Source: Eledone cirrhosa
Taxonomy: Eukaryota
Assembly: GCA_964016885.1 (NCBI GenBank)
Contig: OZ024755.1
Span: 39,122,001-39,186,000, forward strand
DNA: 64,000 nucleotides
Direction: 5' to 3'
This document shows, piece after piece, positions 27,296-41,212 of this stretch. Each line of letters starts with the position of its first letter. Position 1 is the first letter of the stretch. The notes under the pieces are model-generated. The model saw only the letters and a program-made list of their open reading frames with translations, ran no database searches and was not told the origin of the DNA. A program made the position numbers and the translations under genes.

Positions 27296-28130
27296 GGAAA
27301 AGAATGAAACGAAATTTCATTTCTCACTCTTAGTACGGCTGTTACTTAAATATAAGTATGTATACGTATATACATATATGTATACAGACGTACACTAGTA
27401 TGAATATATATATACATACATGCACACATATATATGTACGTATCGGTTTACCGAACATTTATTATAATGTTCGGTTTGTTTGTAAACAAGCATCCCGAAT
27501 TAAGCCGTACAATGTCTGGCAACTATCGTCGCATTTTTGTTCAACACTGACACAAACAAACCGAACATTATAATAAATGTTCGGTAAACCCATACGTACA
27601 TATATATATGTGTGCATGTATGTATATATATACATACTACTGTACGTCTGTATACATATATGTATGTACGTATACATACCTATATTTAGGTATCAGCCCT
27701 ACTAAGAGTGAGAAATGAAATTTCGTTTCATTCTTTTCCATTTATCGTTTTCGGTACGTCCGGCCGAGTAACTCACTCGATATGCAAATTATGCTGCTCA
27801 GCCGTTAATATGCATAAGGAAAGTATATACTTTCAAACGTTCAATCATCTGACAGAAAGGTATACGATGCTGACGATAGCTAATAAGCTTGAAACTAGTA
27901 CACCGTTCCTGTGTCAGTGTTGAACAAAAAGGGCGACGATGGTTGCCGAGCACTGTATGGCGTAATTCGGGCTGTTTGTTTACAAACAAACCGAACATTA
28001 TAATAAATGTTCGGTAAACCGATACGTACATATATATATATATATATATATATATGTGCATGTATGTATATATATATATACATATTACTGTGCGTCTGTA
28101 CACATATATGTATGTACGTATACATACTTA
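27292..28130 (+). mobile_element. Non-coding HHR-bearing element (~430-bp monomer plus inverted part), copy 2
   Basis: acaaacaaaccgaacattataataaatgttcggtaaacc at 27552 and 27982 (period 430). Inverted segment 27292-27552. (TA)n flanks. Confidence 0.8.
27864..27906 (+). ncRNA. Minimal type I hammerhead, intact core
   Basis: acgatg-CTGACGA-t agct aata agct t-GAAAC-ta-GTA-caccgt, with palindromic ACTAGT stem III. Confidence 0.75.
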
Positions 28131-28148
28131 TATATATATATATATAAG

Positions 28149-28238
28149 TTTACAAATAACCAATGAGGGCTTAGAAATACATTGTTTTAAAGCAAATAAA
28201 ACAATGTATTTCTAAGCACTCTTTGGTTATTCCTAAAC
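28149..28238. repeat. Imperfect fold-back next to (TA)n
   Basis: aataaccaa..gcttagaaatacattgtttta / taaaacaatgtatttctaagc..ttggttatt. Confidence 0.8.
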
Positions 28239-28375
28239 ATAAAACGGCTCTGTAGTACACTAGTTATCCTACATGGAGTTAAGTCCATATTGTCATACCA
28301 AGGAAAATATATCTGTGTCTGGGCACATTAATATACTTGTCAACGAAACTATATATATATATATATATAAATGTG

Positions 28376-28407
<32 letters not shown>

Positions 28408-28431
28408 CGTGTGTGTGTATGTATATATGTA

Positions 28432-28489
<58 letters not shown>

Positions 28490-28513
28490 CACACACACAC
28501 ATATATATATGTG

Positions 28514-28565
<52 letters not shown>

Positions 28566-28569
28566 TATT

Positions 28570-28693
<124 letters not shown>

Positions 28694-28957
28694 CACATAC
28701 TGTATATATGGCTTTTAATGGCTGATTTTAATCGACTTCCTCTTTAAAAGGTCCCGTGATACTGCTGCGGTCTGATATCATTAATTATCCTTCTGATATA
28801 TAAGTACGACTATACCATTCGTGCAGATAAATCTCCCGTTTGGATTTAGGCTGAGCCTTCGCTGATGAAACGTTACGTAGTCCAGTCATGTAATATTTGG
28901 AAATACTGCATGTCTTCTGTGAGTAGCAATCACTGAAACAACTGTTGCTCACGGAAC

Positions 28958-29007
<50 letters not shown>

Positions 29008-29159
29008 CCAATAATAATAATATAATAGCAATAATAATAATAGTAATAACACTAATGAAATCAATAACATTAGGAACGATAACCATCATAGCCCTAATAC
29101 TATTCCTAGCAACCAGACTTCTACATAACATAATAACCGACAAGATAACATTCAAATAG

Positions 29160-29545
29160 AACCCGCCCTTTAGGTAACAACTGCTTAATCAAAGACATCA
29201 TTTACTCCTGCACGGTCAACACTAACAACTCTTCTAAAACATATATAGTCTCTACTTCGAACTGCTTCAAGACGAGATATAATTCGCACCTCCACTCTTT
29301 CAAAAAAACACAATCTAGCCAACTCCACTTCACTATCTAGCTACATACACTATCTGAAAACTAGCAATAGACCAATGGGAAGTAGTAGGTAGGGCTGCAT
29401 CGTATAAACCACCTAATACATTTTGTAACCTATGTCTCCTAGAGACCCATACTATAATCTTTTCGAATCTTAACCTCCTAAATAAAAAATCGGAAGTGTT
29501 TGCATCGTGCCAGCACCGCTTCCGACACTCATTCCAAAGCTTTAA
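29160..29545 (+). pseudogene. PLE GIY-YIG endonuclease remnant
   Basis: Frameshifted translation LGNNCLIKDIIYSCTV..TYIVSTSNCFKTRYNSH..STSLSSYI..WEVVGRAASYKP..CNLCLLE..LLNKKSEVFASCQHR. Confidence 0.75.
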
Positions 29546-29950
29546 ACCTAGTATATAACAATGTCAGATTTGAACTCATCACCACCATTAGTACTTCACC
29601 TCTAAGACTTGTCTTCCATCGCTGCATCACACTCTTTGATCCACCCTGTCCTCTACACAAATCATTTTTATCTATAACTTTATACTCTAGAAATATTCTT
29701 ATAGTCACCACCTGTTAATATAATTACTTTAGATTATAATTATATAGTGATTGAAATATAATACAATATATATAAACTTTAAATATAAAATGTAACAATG
29801 AATTATATATACATTTATAATTAAATGTATAAATTAATAACATTGTATGTAAAGGATTCATTTATTAACATAAGGTATTTATCTAACTTAAATGTAATAT
29901 GGAACAATGAATTATATATACATTTATAATTAGATGTATAAATTAATAAC

Positions 29951-30121
29951 TTTCTAATTTAGGCACAAGGCCAGCAAATTACTGGTACTTTACTTTATCG
30001 ACCCCGTAAGGATGAAAGGCAAAGTTAACCTCGGCGGGATTTGAACTCAGATCATAAATGGTCGTAACTCTATGCGTCAAAGCATGGCGTCCGACCCTCT
30101 ACCGATATTGCCAATCCACCC
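29951..30121 (-). mobile_element. SINE with ~15-bp TSD
   Basis: SINE consensus match with gtataaattaataac on both sides. Confidence 0.85.
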
Positions 30122-30766
30122 CGAGGTATAAATTAATAACATTGTATATAAAGGATTAATTTATTTCCTCTAGAGATGTATCTAGTTTATCATGCAAACA
30201 GCTATACGTTATTCCATATCTTACAAAATATTGGGTAGACAACAATCTAATGAAACCTTTAATATATTATGAGAGAGTAGACTGTATTTAAAATAAAATA
30301 TAAATATATAACTTTTTATATAAGGGATTCAATTGAGGCACTATATAATGTCTATTAGAGCAAGGAATTTAATTATTATAATGAGCTAGTTACCTCCCCT
30401 TACGCATTAGCTCCCCTTAATTCCATATCCACTTCCGGATATTAAACCGTTGAAAATTCCCGCAGTTAAATAACTCTAATCCATAAATATGGATTAAATA
30501 ACACTAAGTTACAATCCATCACTATAACAAACATTCAATACAAATCTATCTTAACTTATGTAATGGATGTGAAATCTGTAACTTTCATATTCTACACGCA
30601 TACAAATTTGAACTATACAGAAAATATCCTCGCATTGCACCCACCATAATACACTAACATATTCGCTTAAAGTGCTTCTATTTTATGTAATACCCTGCCA
30701 TACAGTACTCATATATGCATGATACATTTGCTTGTTCCATTCCTTTATATATGACTAACGCATAAT

Positions 30767-30812
30767 TAGCCGCCGAAACGGCTTGAGCTCAGCCGTCGGG
30801 GTCCCACTCGTT

Positions 30813-30816
<4 letters not shown>
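30767..30816 (+). mobile_element. Family D pLTR fragment (3' half of HHR)
   Basis: tagccgccGAAACggcttgagctcagccGTCgggg followed by (TA)n. Confidence 0.7.
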
Positions 30817-30863
<47 letters not shown>

Positions 30864-31062
30864 CAAGGAGACAACAAAAAGTCTTATTAGTTTCAGACGT
30901 TATATTAAAAAGAGGAACGAAATTTCGAAGTGTCTGGCTTAAGCCCTTATATAAATATATATATATAAAGATTTACATATACATAAAGTCACAGATATAT
31001 ATGTGGCAACCGGTCACGATGTGGCTTAATGAAGAATTAATAAATTAAATAATCAGAGCAAT

Positions 31063-31112
31063 ATATCATAAATCATGTCCTTAGAATTAATTCTAAGGAC
31101 ATGATTTATGAT
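31063..31112. repeat. Perfect ~50-bp palindrome
   Basis: atcataaatcatgtccttagaatt|aattctaaggacatgatttatgat. Confidence 0.9.
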
Positions 31113-31115
31113 TAA

Positions 31116-31235
<120 letters not shown>

Positions 31236-31345
31236 ATGAGTTTGTCTGTTAAAGTTACTTTTGTAGAGGGGAACTAAGAAAAAATTATTTTCTCTCCCAA
31301 AAAAGAACTACCCTTAAATATATCTCCCGTGCTATTTCCAACTTG

Positions 31346-31469
<124 letters not shown>

Positions 31470-31764
31470 GAGAAAGAGAGAGTGCGTGTGTGTCTCAAAT
31501 TGACAAGGTTTCTTCTCTCACACTACTCCTTTTAACGATTCCCATTAACGATTAATTAATTTCAATAACATGATTATGGATCAAGTACCGTAACCGACAA
31601 TATCGATTATAAAACGTCATGCGGTGATAGAGCATAGCCTAAGTTCATTGATTCAAATCAATCAAATATTACAATTATTGAAAATATTGATCTCACATCT
31701 GTTTCACGACATCAATATGGCGCCTGTTGAAGCTGTTAACGATTATCCCTAACTCTAACCCTTT

Positions 31765-32306
31765 ATGTTCAGAGTTTAAATCCCACCGAGGTTAACTTTG
31801 CCTTTCATCATTACGGGGTCGATAAAATAAAGTAGCAGTAATGTACTGGGTAATTGCTGGCCTTGTGCCAAAAGTAGAAACAATTATTATTTGGCAGTAT
31901 CGGTTGAGTGTCGGACGCCATGCTTTGCAGCATAGAGTTACGGCTCTTTATGATCTGAGTTCAAATCCCGCCGAGGTTAAGTTTGCCTTTCATCCTTACG
32001 GGGTCGATAAAATAAAGTACCAGTCACGCACTGGGGTAGATTTAATCGACTTTCCTCTCCCCCAACATTGCTGGCCTTGTGCCTATATAAGAAACCATTA
32101 ATTACCTTTCTAATGGCCGTGGATTGGCAGAGTCGTTAGAACGTCGGATAGAATATTTTACGGTATTGGTTCCTGCTCTCTGTTCTCGGAGTTCAAATAC
32201 ATACAAGGTCAACTTTGCCTTTCATACTTTCGAGGTCGATAAAATAAAGTACCAGTAATACCTGGCATAATTGCTGACCTTGTGGCTATATAAGAAACCA
32301 TTATTT
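31765..32306 (+). mobile_element. Three head-to-tail SINE copies, including subfamily variants
   Basis: Copies at ~31765-31890, ~31891-32100 (longer tail) and ~32114-32306 (different head), each with the gtcgataaaataaagta core. Confidence 0.85.
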
Positions 32307-32872
32307 ATCCTTCTATATCTTCTGATCACACAACATTTAAGAGGCTTTCTTCACAAACGTAAAGTTCTGGTATTGATACGACAACGTGACAACGTCTGCA
32401 AATATTATTTACCATAGCCTCGCGTCGATATATATGAAGGAAATATCTTAAACGGAATCTGTGAGCAAGTCTGTAGACTTTTACTAATATAATACAATAA
32501 ACGTGTAAAGTACTAGACTTCATTCAATTTTCTATATGTATAATAAACACAACCACAAGGATATGGTCCGAACGTATAAGAGCCGACCTCCCGCTGTCAT
32601 CGCCTCCATCTCTGCTGCCCTCCACATCTCTCTGTATGGTGAGCAAATGGGGTCCCACGTGCTGGCCTCTCCATAGCCCCGGCGGACAGAATGGAGAAGG
32701 CGTTTCCCCGGAGGATGGTAAGGGAGGTGCGCATAATTCAAATGGGCAAATTTTTTTATGACGTTTCTCGTGAAACTGTTACTTATATGTAGTGGATACA
32801 GCATGGCCAAATGGTACAGGGTTTGCTTTGCAAACATAGATACATGAGTACGGTTTCATCACGTGGGAATTT

Positions 32873-33462
32873 AGACGTCAATTACCATAGCTTGACGTCA
32901 ATTATCATAGCTTGACGTCAATTACCTTAGCTTGACGTCAATTACCATAGCTTCACGTCAGTTACCTTAGCTTGATGTCAATTACCATAGCGTGACGTCA
33001 ATTACCATAGGTAGACGTCAGTTACCATAGCTTCACGTCAATTACCTTATATTGGCGTGAATTACCATAGCTTGACGTCAATTACCATAGCTTGACGTCA
33101 ATTACCATAACGTGACGTCAATTACCATAGCTTCACGTCAATTACCACAGCTTGACGTCAATTACCATAACGTGACGTCAATTACCATAGCTTGACCTCA
33201 ATTACCATAGCTTGACGTCAATTACCATAGCTTCACGTCAATTAGCTTAGCTTGACGTCAATTACCATAGCGTGTCGTCAATTACCATAGCTTAACATGA
33301 ATTACCATAGATTGACGTCAATTACCATAACGTGACGTCAATTACGATAGCTTGACGTCAGTTACCATAGCTTGACGTCAGTTACCATAGCTTGACGTCA
33401 ATTACCATAACTTAACGTCAATTACCATAGCTTCACGTCAATTACCTTAGCTAGACGTCAAT
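32873..33462. repeat. 20-bp minisatellite rich in TGACGTCA
   Basis: Unit tgacgtcaattaccatagct, 30 copies, 16 with a perfect TGACGTCA (hand count). Confidence 0.95.
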
Positions 33463-33876
33463 TCAAGTTTTGTTGGTGAAACTTACTAGACGGACATTTG
33501 AACTCAGAGACTTGAAAAGAATACGGAAATGTATATTATTGGATGATATAAACAAGATGAATCATTTAGTTATGCTTATTCTTTCAAATACTTATTTATT
33601 TTATCAACCATCTTTGTTTAATCTTGTTTGTATGCCTGTTATGTCTTGCCGTGTATTACATTAATTTAGCAATCTTAATTCTCGAGGGATCAATGGATTT
33701 CAGAAAAGAATTCACAATAAATTACACATAATTTCTACAAATAACAATTTTCTTCTGGAAAATAGCTAATGCATTTGGCGTCTCTCGTTGGAAACGTATA
33801 AACAATCTCTCAAGGTATAAGATCTTCTTCTCTATGTCTATAATTTTAATGATATCTCTCTCTCTCTCCCCCTCTC

Positions 33877-33913
<37 letters not shown>

Positions 33914-33923
33914 ATATATATAC

Positions 33924-33958
<35 letters not shown>

Positions 33959-33979
33959 CACAGTATATATATATATACA

Positions 33980-34075
33980 ATGATATTAAATAAATGGAAA
34001 CTATATTTATAAAACCATATTTATTCTATTATATATATTTCAAGGGTAACACCAACAAAGTGAATATCCCTTCTG

Positions 34076-34080
<5 letters not shown>
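33980..34080. mobile_element. Family A pLTR fragment with inversion junction in HHR stem II
   Basis: 33980-34050 matches 4987-5055. It then switches to the opposite-orientation tail seen at 19468-19497. Confidence 0.7.
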
Positions 34081-34120
<40 letters not shown>

Positions 34121-34132
34121 ATCTGTATGTAT

Positions 34133-34211
<79 letters not shown>

Positions 34212-34260
34212 AACACTACGAGATGTCTCACCTATGTACACTATATTCTTATCTTTACAC

Positions 34261-35240
34261 GAGTTTATTCTATTAACCTTATCATTAGTTCTTTCTAATA
34301 GATAGAAATAGGAATAAGGTTAATAGAATAAACTCATGGTATGATAGCAATAAATACCAGAGTGTAATGTTCATCGATACAACCCCTAGAGGTGAATTAG
34401 CTTAAAATTTAGAAGGGCCCTAGATAAACATAAACTCAATATTAAGATAGTAGAAAGACCAGGTACCTCCATAAAAATACTTATTAGCAATACATACCCT
34501 TTTCAAAGACCTCCCTATATAGATAAGAAATGTATAATCTGTAAACTAAGCCCCCATATTAACTGTAAAACTATAAATGTAGTATATAGCATAAGATGTA
34601 CTGAAGGACAATGTAGAGATAAGAATATAGTGTATATAGTTGAGACAGCTCGTAGTATAGGGGAACGGATAAATGAACACTGGCGAGAGCTTCAAGATAG
34701 TAAAGAATCATCTGTACTCCACCAACATGCTAAAATAGAACATAAGGGTAAATTAGAGAACATAGAAATAAAAATAGAATCTAGACACAGAAAAGACGCA
34801 ATGTTTAGACAAATCACAGAGGCAATAAACATAAAAGAATTACAACCAAAATTAAATAGAAAACATGAATGGAACAGCAGCATCACAACTTACAATTAAG
34901 GACAACATGAAAACACACACACATATAGACCAAACAACCAACCAGTAACATGTAAATAAACAAATAAATAAACAAATATAAACACACACAGACACCCGGA
35001 TGTAACACATGCGCAAACTAAGCACACAACACACACAAAAACAAGATGGCGTAGGACAGAACAAAGGAGAGGCACAAAAACAAAGAAAAGAATCCCCAGT
35101 CACTGAACAGGTCACAAAATGCGTGACGAAAGAACTTTGACAATATATGAACAATCGTCTGGTTGTGGAACCAACCAACCAACCGGAAATTTATAAATTT
35201 AATTTATAATAAATTGAAGTGAAAGCAAGTGGTGTGTATG
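34261..35240 (+). mobile_element. 5'-truncated PLE: linker, GIY-YIG remnant and pLTR
   Basis: SVMFIDTTPRGELA..IKIVERPGTSI..CIICK..NCKTINVVYSIRC..YIVETARSIGERINEH. HHR-like gtca-CTGAACAG-gtcac..gtgac-GAAAG-aa-CTT-tgac at ~35099-35141. Small fold-back at 34261-34335. Confidence 0.8.
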
Positions 35241-35339
35241 TGTTTCTTATTGGCAATCTGACCCTCCCAAAGCATAACAATATCGGTGTCAACACACATT
35301 TTCAGGTAAAGAATCTTGCTAAACAAATTCAGAAACGAA

Positions 35340-35405
<66 letters not shown>

Positions 35406-35435
35406 AGTGTAATTTACTACACAAAACGAAGGTTA

Positions 35436-36340
35436 TAGAGAAAATTGAGGTTGGTAATGGCACATGGAATATATAAGAGACAGAATACTTTTTTGTGAAC
35501 TGGACCAAATATACCCAAACCAATCCTCAACCCTACAGCTACCAAATGTGGTAGAACAAACTGTGGAACGTGCCTCTACCTCACTGAAGGACAAAAATTT
35601 ACATTTAAAGATGGCCAAACATTTACAGTAAAAAACAATTTCACCTGCAACTCGGAGAACTTGATTTACGCAATAACTTGCGGTGGGTGCAAACACAACT
35701 ACATAGGACAGACGGGCACCTCATTACGCAAAAGAATGACCATCCACCGCCAACAAATCCGGGACGCTAGCACAAGAAAAATCCCCTTGAGCAGCCATAT
35801 TGCGAACTGCGCAGGAATGACACTACCCAACTTTAAAATCTTCCCCTTCTACAAGTGCTCTGATTCGTTCACACAGCAACAAAGAATAAACAAAGAAAAT
35901 CTATTCCTTAACAAATTTAAACCAAAACTAAACGGGTTATCACCCCAATAGAATTGTCATAAAATATAAACACACATACGCACGGAGTGACAGATATATG
36001 TGTTTGTATGTGTGCATGTATATAATTATCACTACTATTAAAGACCAGAGACCAATTCTGTAGAATCAGGTTTATTCGTTGACAGACCATGCCTTTGTGT
36101 GACCAACACATCCATGTTAAACCCTGCACGTGCACACACATATATCTATATATATATGCGCACACAGAATTCACCACTGTCGGTTGCGGGGCCCAATCTA
36201 CATGAAGAACTCAATGTGATCAGAATGACTTGTATTTTAATTTCACTGCCCTAACTTCTTATATTATGGAAACAATATATGTGTATGTATGTATATATAT
36301 ATATATTTGGAGGCCATTTCTCTGTGTGTGGGTGTATGTA

Positions 36341-36372
<32 letters not shown>

Positions 36373-36391
36373 CATGTGGATGTATGTATTG

Positions 36392-36440
<49 letters not shown>

Positions 36441-36821
36441 GTATATATATGTGTGTGTGTGTGTGTATATATATATGTGTGTGTATGTGTATATATATAT
36501 GTGTGTGTATGTGTATATATGTGTGTGTGTGTGTGTGTGTTTGTATGTGTGTATGTATATATATGTGTGTGTGTATGTATGTGTGGGTGTGTGTGTATAT
36601 ATATGTGTATGTATATGTGTGTATATATATGTATGTACACACACATATATACATATATATATATGTGTGTGTGTGTGTGTGTATGTATGTGTGTATCTGG
36701 ATGTATGTGTATGTATATATATGTGTGTGTGTATATATATATATATATATGTGTGTGTATGTGCATATATGTGTGTGTGTATGTGTGTATGTATATATAT
36801 GTGTGTGTGTATGTATGTGTG

Positions 36822-36880
<59 letters not shown>

Positions 36881-37362
36881 GTGGATGAAGGTATGTGTAT
36901 ATATAGGTGTAAGTGCACTAAATCCCTTTCTATCAATCTCCCCTCTCCTACCGAGCACAGGAAGATATATGTATGTATATTGCTTCCACCCCCTCACTGA
37001 CCAGCAGCTGGCCATCTGGCCATTGCTAAATTTGACCTTTATAAAATAACCCACACCCCTAATAACTTCTCATTCACTACCAGAAGCAGTCAACGAGCTG
37101 CTACCAAGATGAAAACTACTATGAAATCCCACAATGAATTCTATACTTGAATTTTCAAATCTCAAAATTTAACTCTTCTTATTATTAATTTTTCTTAATT
37201 TAATCAACATTTGAAAAGATGGCTTTTGTAGACCCATCGAAACCGGTCATTTTTTATACCCTTTATTATTTCCTTACCTTATAAAATTATATGTTTTTTC
37301 ACAAAAAAGTATTCTGTCTCTTATATATTCCATGTGCCATTACCAACCTCAATTTTCTCTCT
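35436..37362 (+). mobile_element. 5'-truncated PLE (Neptune-like Cys linker) with inverted pLTR end
   Basis: KCGRTNCGTCLYL..FTCNSENLIYAITCGGCKHNYIGQTGTSLRKRMTIH (~35545-35951). 35436-35499 is the reverse complement of 37297-37360. Degenerate HHR at ~37206-37255. Confidence 0.85.
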
Positions 37363-37632
37363 CTCTATATATATATATAAATGAAAGGTATAGAAAACAC
37401 TGCAGCGAAAAGCGAACAGCATTCCATAGTATATAAGTGACTATAGCGTCAAAATGGGAAAAATAGTTAACGTAAGATGTGGGAAAAATAATTTAAACTC
37501 ATCTTAAAGAGAATCAGGATATAAATTCATCCACAGAATTTAGTGAAATCCAGGGAAAAATCAATAGAGCCCTAACTCATGATAAAATAAAGTTCAAGAT
37601 ACCTATCCTTCAATTTGGAAAAACTTCAAATG

Positions 37633-37691
<59 letters not shown>

Positions 37692-37760
37692 TATATATAA
37701 ATATATATATAAATATATATATAAATATATATATAAATATATATATAAATATATATATAA

Positions 37761-37815
<55 letters not shown>

Positions 37816-37816
37816 A

Positions 37817-37873
<57 letters not shown>

Positions 37874-37906
37874 TATAAATATATATATATAAATATATAA
37901 ATATAT

Positions 37907-38033
<127 letters not shown>

Positions 38034-38084
38034 TATATATATATTTATATATATATATATACATGCACACACATGTGTATGTGT

Positions 38085-38129
<45 letters not shown>

Positions 38130-38607
38130 ATGTGTGTGACTGGTGTTGTGAGTGTGTATGTGAGGTGTGGTGTGGTGTTTGCGTGTGATGTTGTGTATGT
38201 GGTGTGATGTGTTTGTATGGTGTTGTGTATATGTGTAAGTCTTTCTCTGGTGTTGTGTGTGCTGTGGTATATGTGTGTGTTTCTGTGTGTACGTCTGTGT
38301 CTGGTGCATGTGTATGTGTGTAAATGTGTGTGTCTCTGTGTATGTCTGTCTCTGGTGTTGTGTATGTGTGGTACTGCGTATGTATGTGTGTATGGTCAAT
38401 ATATGTACGTATCTTTATTATATTTTCCCTTTATGCTATATGTTCCCTAACCTTTAATTTGGCAGCAGTATTAACACTGGGGAATATCATATTTCATGAA
38501 ATGTTTGGCAATAAATTAAACTTAATTCCTCTAACAAAAAATTCCACTGGGAACTGCATATTGCACACAGAATGCTGCACTCCATCTGGCAACCATTCTC
38601 CTCGCAT

Positions 38608-38790
38608 TGTGGATTGGCAGTATCAGTAGAGAGTCGGACACCATGCTTTGAAGCATAGAGTTACGTCCCTTTATGATCTGAGTTCAAATCCCGCCGAGGT
38701 TAAGTTTGCCTTTCATCCTTACGGGGTCGATAAAATAAAGTACCAGTAATGTAATTGCTGGCCTTGTGCCAACAGTAGAAACAATTATTT
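38608..38790 (+). mobile_element. SINE, near full length
   Basis: Consensus match with A-box and B-box motifs and core. Confidence 0.85.
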
Positions 38791-39299
38791 TATCCTGGAA
38801 ACGAGCGCTGTGTGTGTTTTAAACAAAATGTTAATAATTCTCAACGCGTTTCATGTGATTGACAACTTTAGTGAATTCTTCTTTTTAATTTGGCAATAAA
38901 AACACCTTTTTAGTTGTTTTCACGCTTTGGTATCTAATTTCAGTTAAATTACGAGTTAGAGAGAATTAACAGGTGTTATCGCCATGAAAGGAACAGAAAT
39001 AAATGTAAAAACAAACCAAGTCGTCGTTGATGTGTTAAGACTAATAATAAAAATGATACGATCCTCTAGTGAGTCAGTGAGCCCCGTAAAGAAGGTGATA
39101 ATTGTTTTATTGCTACATGATTTATTTCACTGTGTGAAGGGGTCTCGCTTACTGCCTAGCATATTAGACTTACAATGGTAAAGACGTGTGTACGTTCTCT
39201 GGACTAGGCGGCGCGTCATGTCCTATAGCTTTTGCCGCTCCATTCTACTCGGCTGGAAAATATGAATTGATCCTGTAGCTCAATGGGCCAGCCTAGTGA

Positions 39300-39745
39300 T
39301 ACACATATACCAGTTGTGTTATATGGTCTTGACTGTGATAATTGGACGACAAGGTCACTCCAGAAGCTCTCTACATTCCAGAACCACATCATGAGACTTA
39401 TGACTGGCAAGTGGCTCAGCGACCGTATCTGTATCAGTGAGCTGCTCAACATTACCTAACTTAGACCAGTTACATCAATTGTCAAGTCAAGAATACTCAA
39501 ACTATACGGCCATATAACAAGATCAACTCGTGGTGTGAGTAGGTTATCGCTGGAAGGAAGGTTGGCTGGTAAGAGAAGCAGAGGCCGGCAGCTTAAACGA
39601 TGGCTTGACAATGTCAACCTATGGACTGGACTTGATCTTTACTCTTTGAACTATGCTGTTGGTGATCGAACTTTGTGGAGAGAGATATCATATGTTAATG
39701 CGCAGTCTGCAACTGGCGGAGTTTAGCGTCACAAGAAGATTGATA
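39300..39745 (+). mobile_element. RTE-clade LINE 3' remnant
   Basis: PVVLYGLDC..QKLSTFQNHIMRLMTG..SRILKLYGHITR..LEGRLAGKRSRGRQLKRWLDNV..DRTLWR. Confidence 0.85.
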
Positions 39746-40450
39746 CACATAAGTGTCGTAACCCTATGCTATAAAGCATGTTGCTCGACGCTCTACCGAT
39801 TCTGCCTATCCTCTGCACCTAAAATAGTAAATACTAGAAGAATGGCCCAGCATTGCTCGGTATTCTAAACATAGATTGGCAGGTTTATCCCTCCTTTCTG
39901 AAACAGTACAGAGAAGTACGGAATACCTCGGCATCGGGATGGTATCTACATTTTGTACTTATAAAAAACATTCGTCGTAGATTACCAGAGTTTTTTTTAC
40001 CGTGCGAAGAAAATCAATACTTTATCGCGAAATAAATACTTTTGTTTATATTTTGTTATTGTGTATGCAAAAATATCTGTACACGAATATATAATTATAT
40101 ATATATATAAAGGAATTTTTTCTTATATCAAAGTTTAATGGGCTTCCTCTGACGATTTATAAGTGCCCACCTAAATATATTCTTACATGAAAATATGTTA
40201 GGCTTCTACATAAACTGGAAACATTCTCCCAACTTGTAGAAAACTTATAATGAAACAATTGTTTGGAAAGAGAGATATATTTTAACTTTAATTATATCTC
40301 ATATAAAATAATACAACTGGCTTTCCACAAAATACATATAGTTAGCACCCCAAACACTTAAATTGGGTTTATACTAACGTATAACCTAATGTTTGTTGAG
40401 TGAGATGGTTACCAGTCGGAGTTTAGCTTAAAGCTATCTCTGTTATTGTA

Positions 40451-40517
<67 letters not shown>

Positions 40518-40565
40518 TCTGACTTTATCATATAGCATGTATTCATTTTATACTATAATTTTAAA

Positions 40566-40660
40566 GGGTCCGTCGAGCTGCCGATTATAGAGTCGGGTAA
40601 GATCGATACAGATCGAATCTTGAGCTGATCAGTGGCGAAACGCGCGTCACCTACCAATAA
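40566..40660 (+). mobile_element. PLE pLTR fragment with core-mutated HHR
   Basis: ggt-CCGTCGA-gctgc..gtggc-GAAAC-gcgc-GTC-acc then AATAAA. Related gagctgatc-containing motifs at ~3140 and ~13790. Confidence 0.55.
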
Positions 40661-40699
40661 ATGTAATGAAGGAGTAACCAATCGTCCTTATTATCCTTT

Positions 40700-40751
<52 letters not shown>

Positions 40752-40754
<3 letters not shown>

Positions 40755-40870
40755 GATAACAGATTAATGTTTAAGCAAAGAATCGTTGCTTTCACCCTTA
40801 AAAGGATCTTCTGAAACTAAAATAATCAATCTGTGAACGCAGAAGTAAATATTTCGAAAAACGTTACACA
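40752..40870 (-). mobile_element. Family B pLTR fragment with CAGAAGA HHR variant (40769-40818)
   Basis: Reverse complement: gttt-CAGAAGA-tccttttaagggt-GAAA-gcaacgattctttgc-TT-aaac. Confidence 0.65.
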
Positions 40871-41049
40871 CTATATATACACACACTATATATACATATA
40901 TACACACACAAACACACACACGTATAGCGTCATAATGTCGTAATGCAGACAGCCAGACATACAAACAGATATTATAAGGGCGGAACGTTATATCTATGTA
41001 TCTATCTAAAAAGAAAGACTAAGAATTATAGAGAGAGATCGCTTAATCG

Positions 41050-41212
41050 CCTAATGCGGTCCCTAGGGCATTGAACATTTGAAATATATTTTGCTCAAAA
41101 CACTCACAGGACCCTAAGTATTACATGTGTAAAGTTTGAAAACAATCGGTCAGGTGGTTCTCGAGTTTTAGGAAGTCAGACAGACAGACAGACATTCTCT
41201 GTTTTAGATATA
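41050..41212 (-). mobile_element. Helitron/DINE-1-like non-autonomous fragment
   Basis: Reverse complement begins tatatctaaaacagagaa(tgtc)n..accgattgttttcaaacttt, a layout typical of DINE-1/Helentron-associated repeats. Confidence 0.5.

Noticed and set aside
32532-32870. GC-richer segment with short ORFs (MVRTYKS.. on +, 101 aa on -)
   Set aside because: No recognisable domain and an early stop, so it cannot be supported as a gene.
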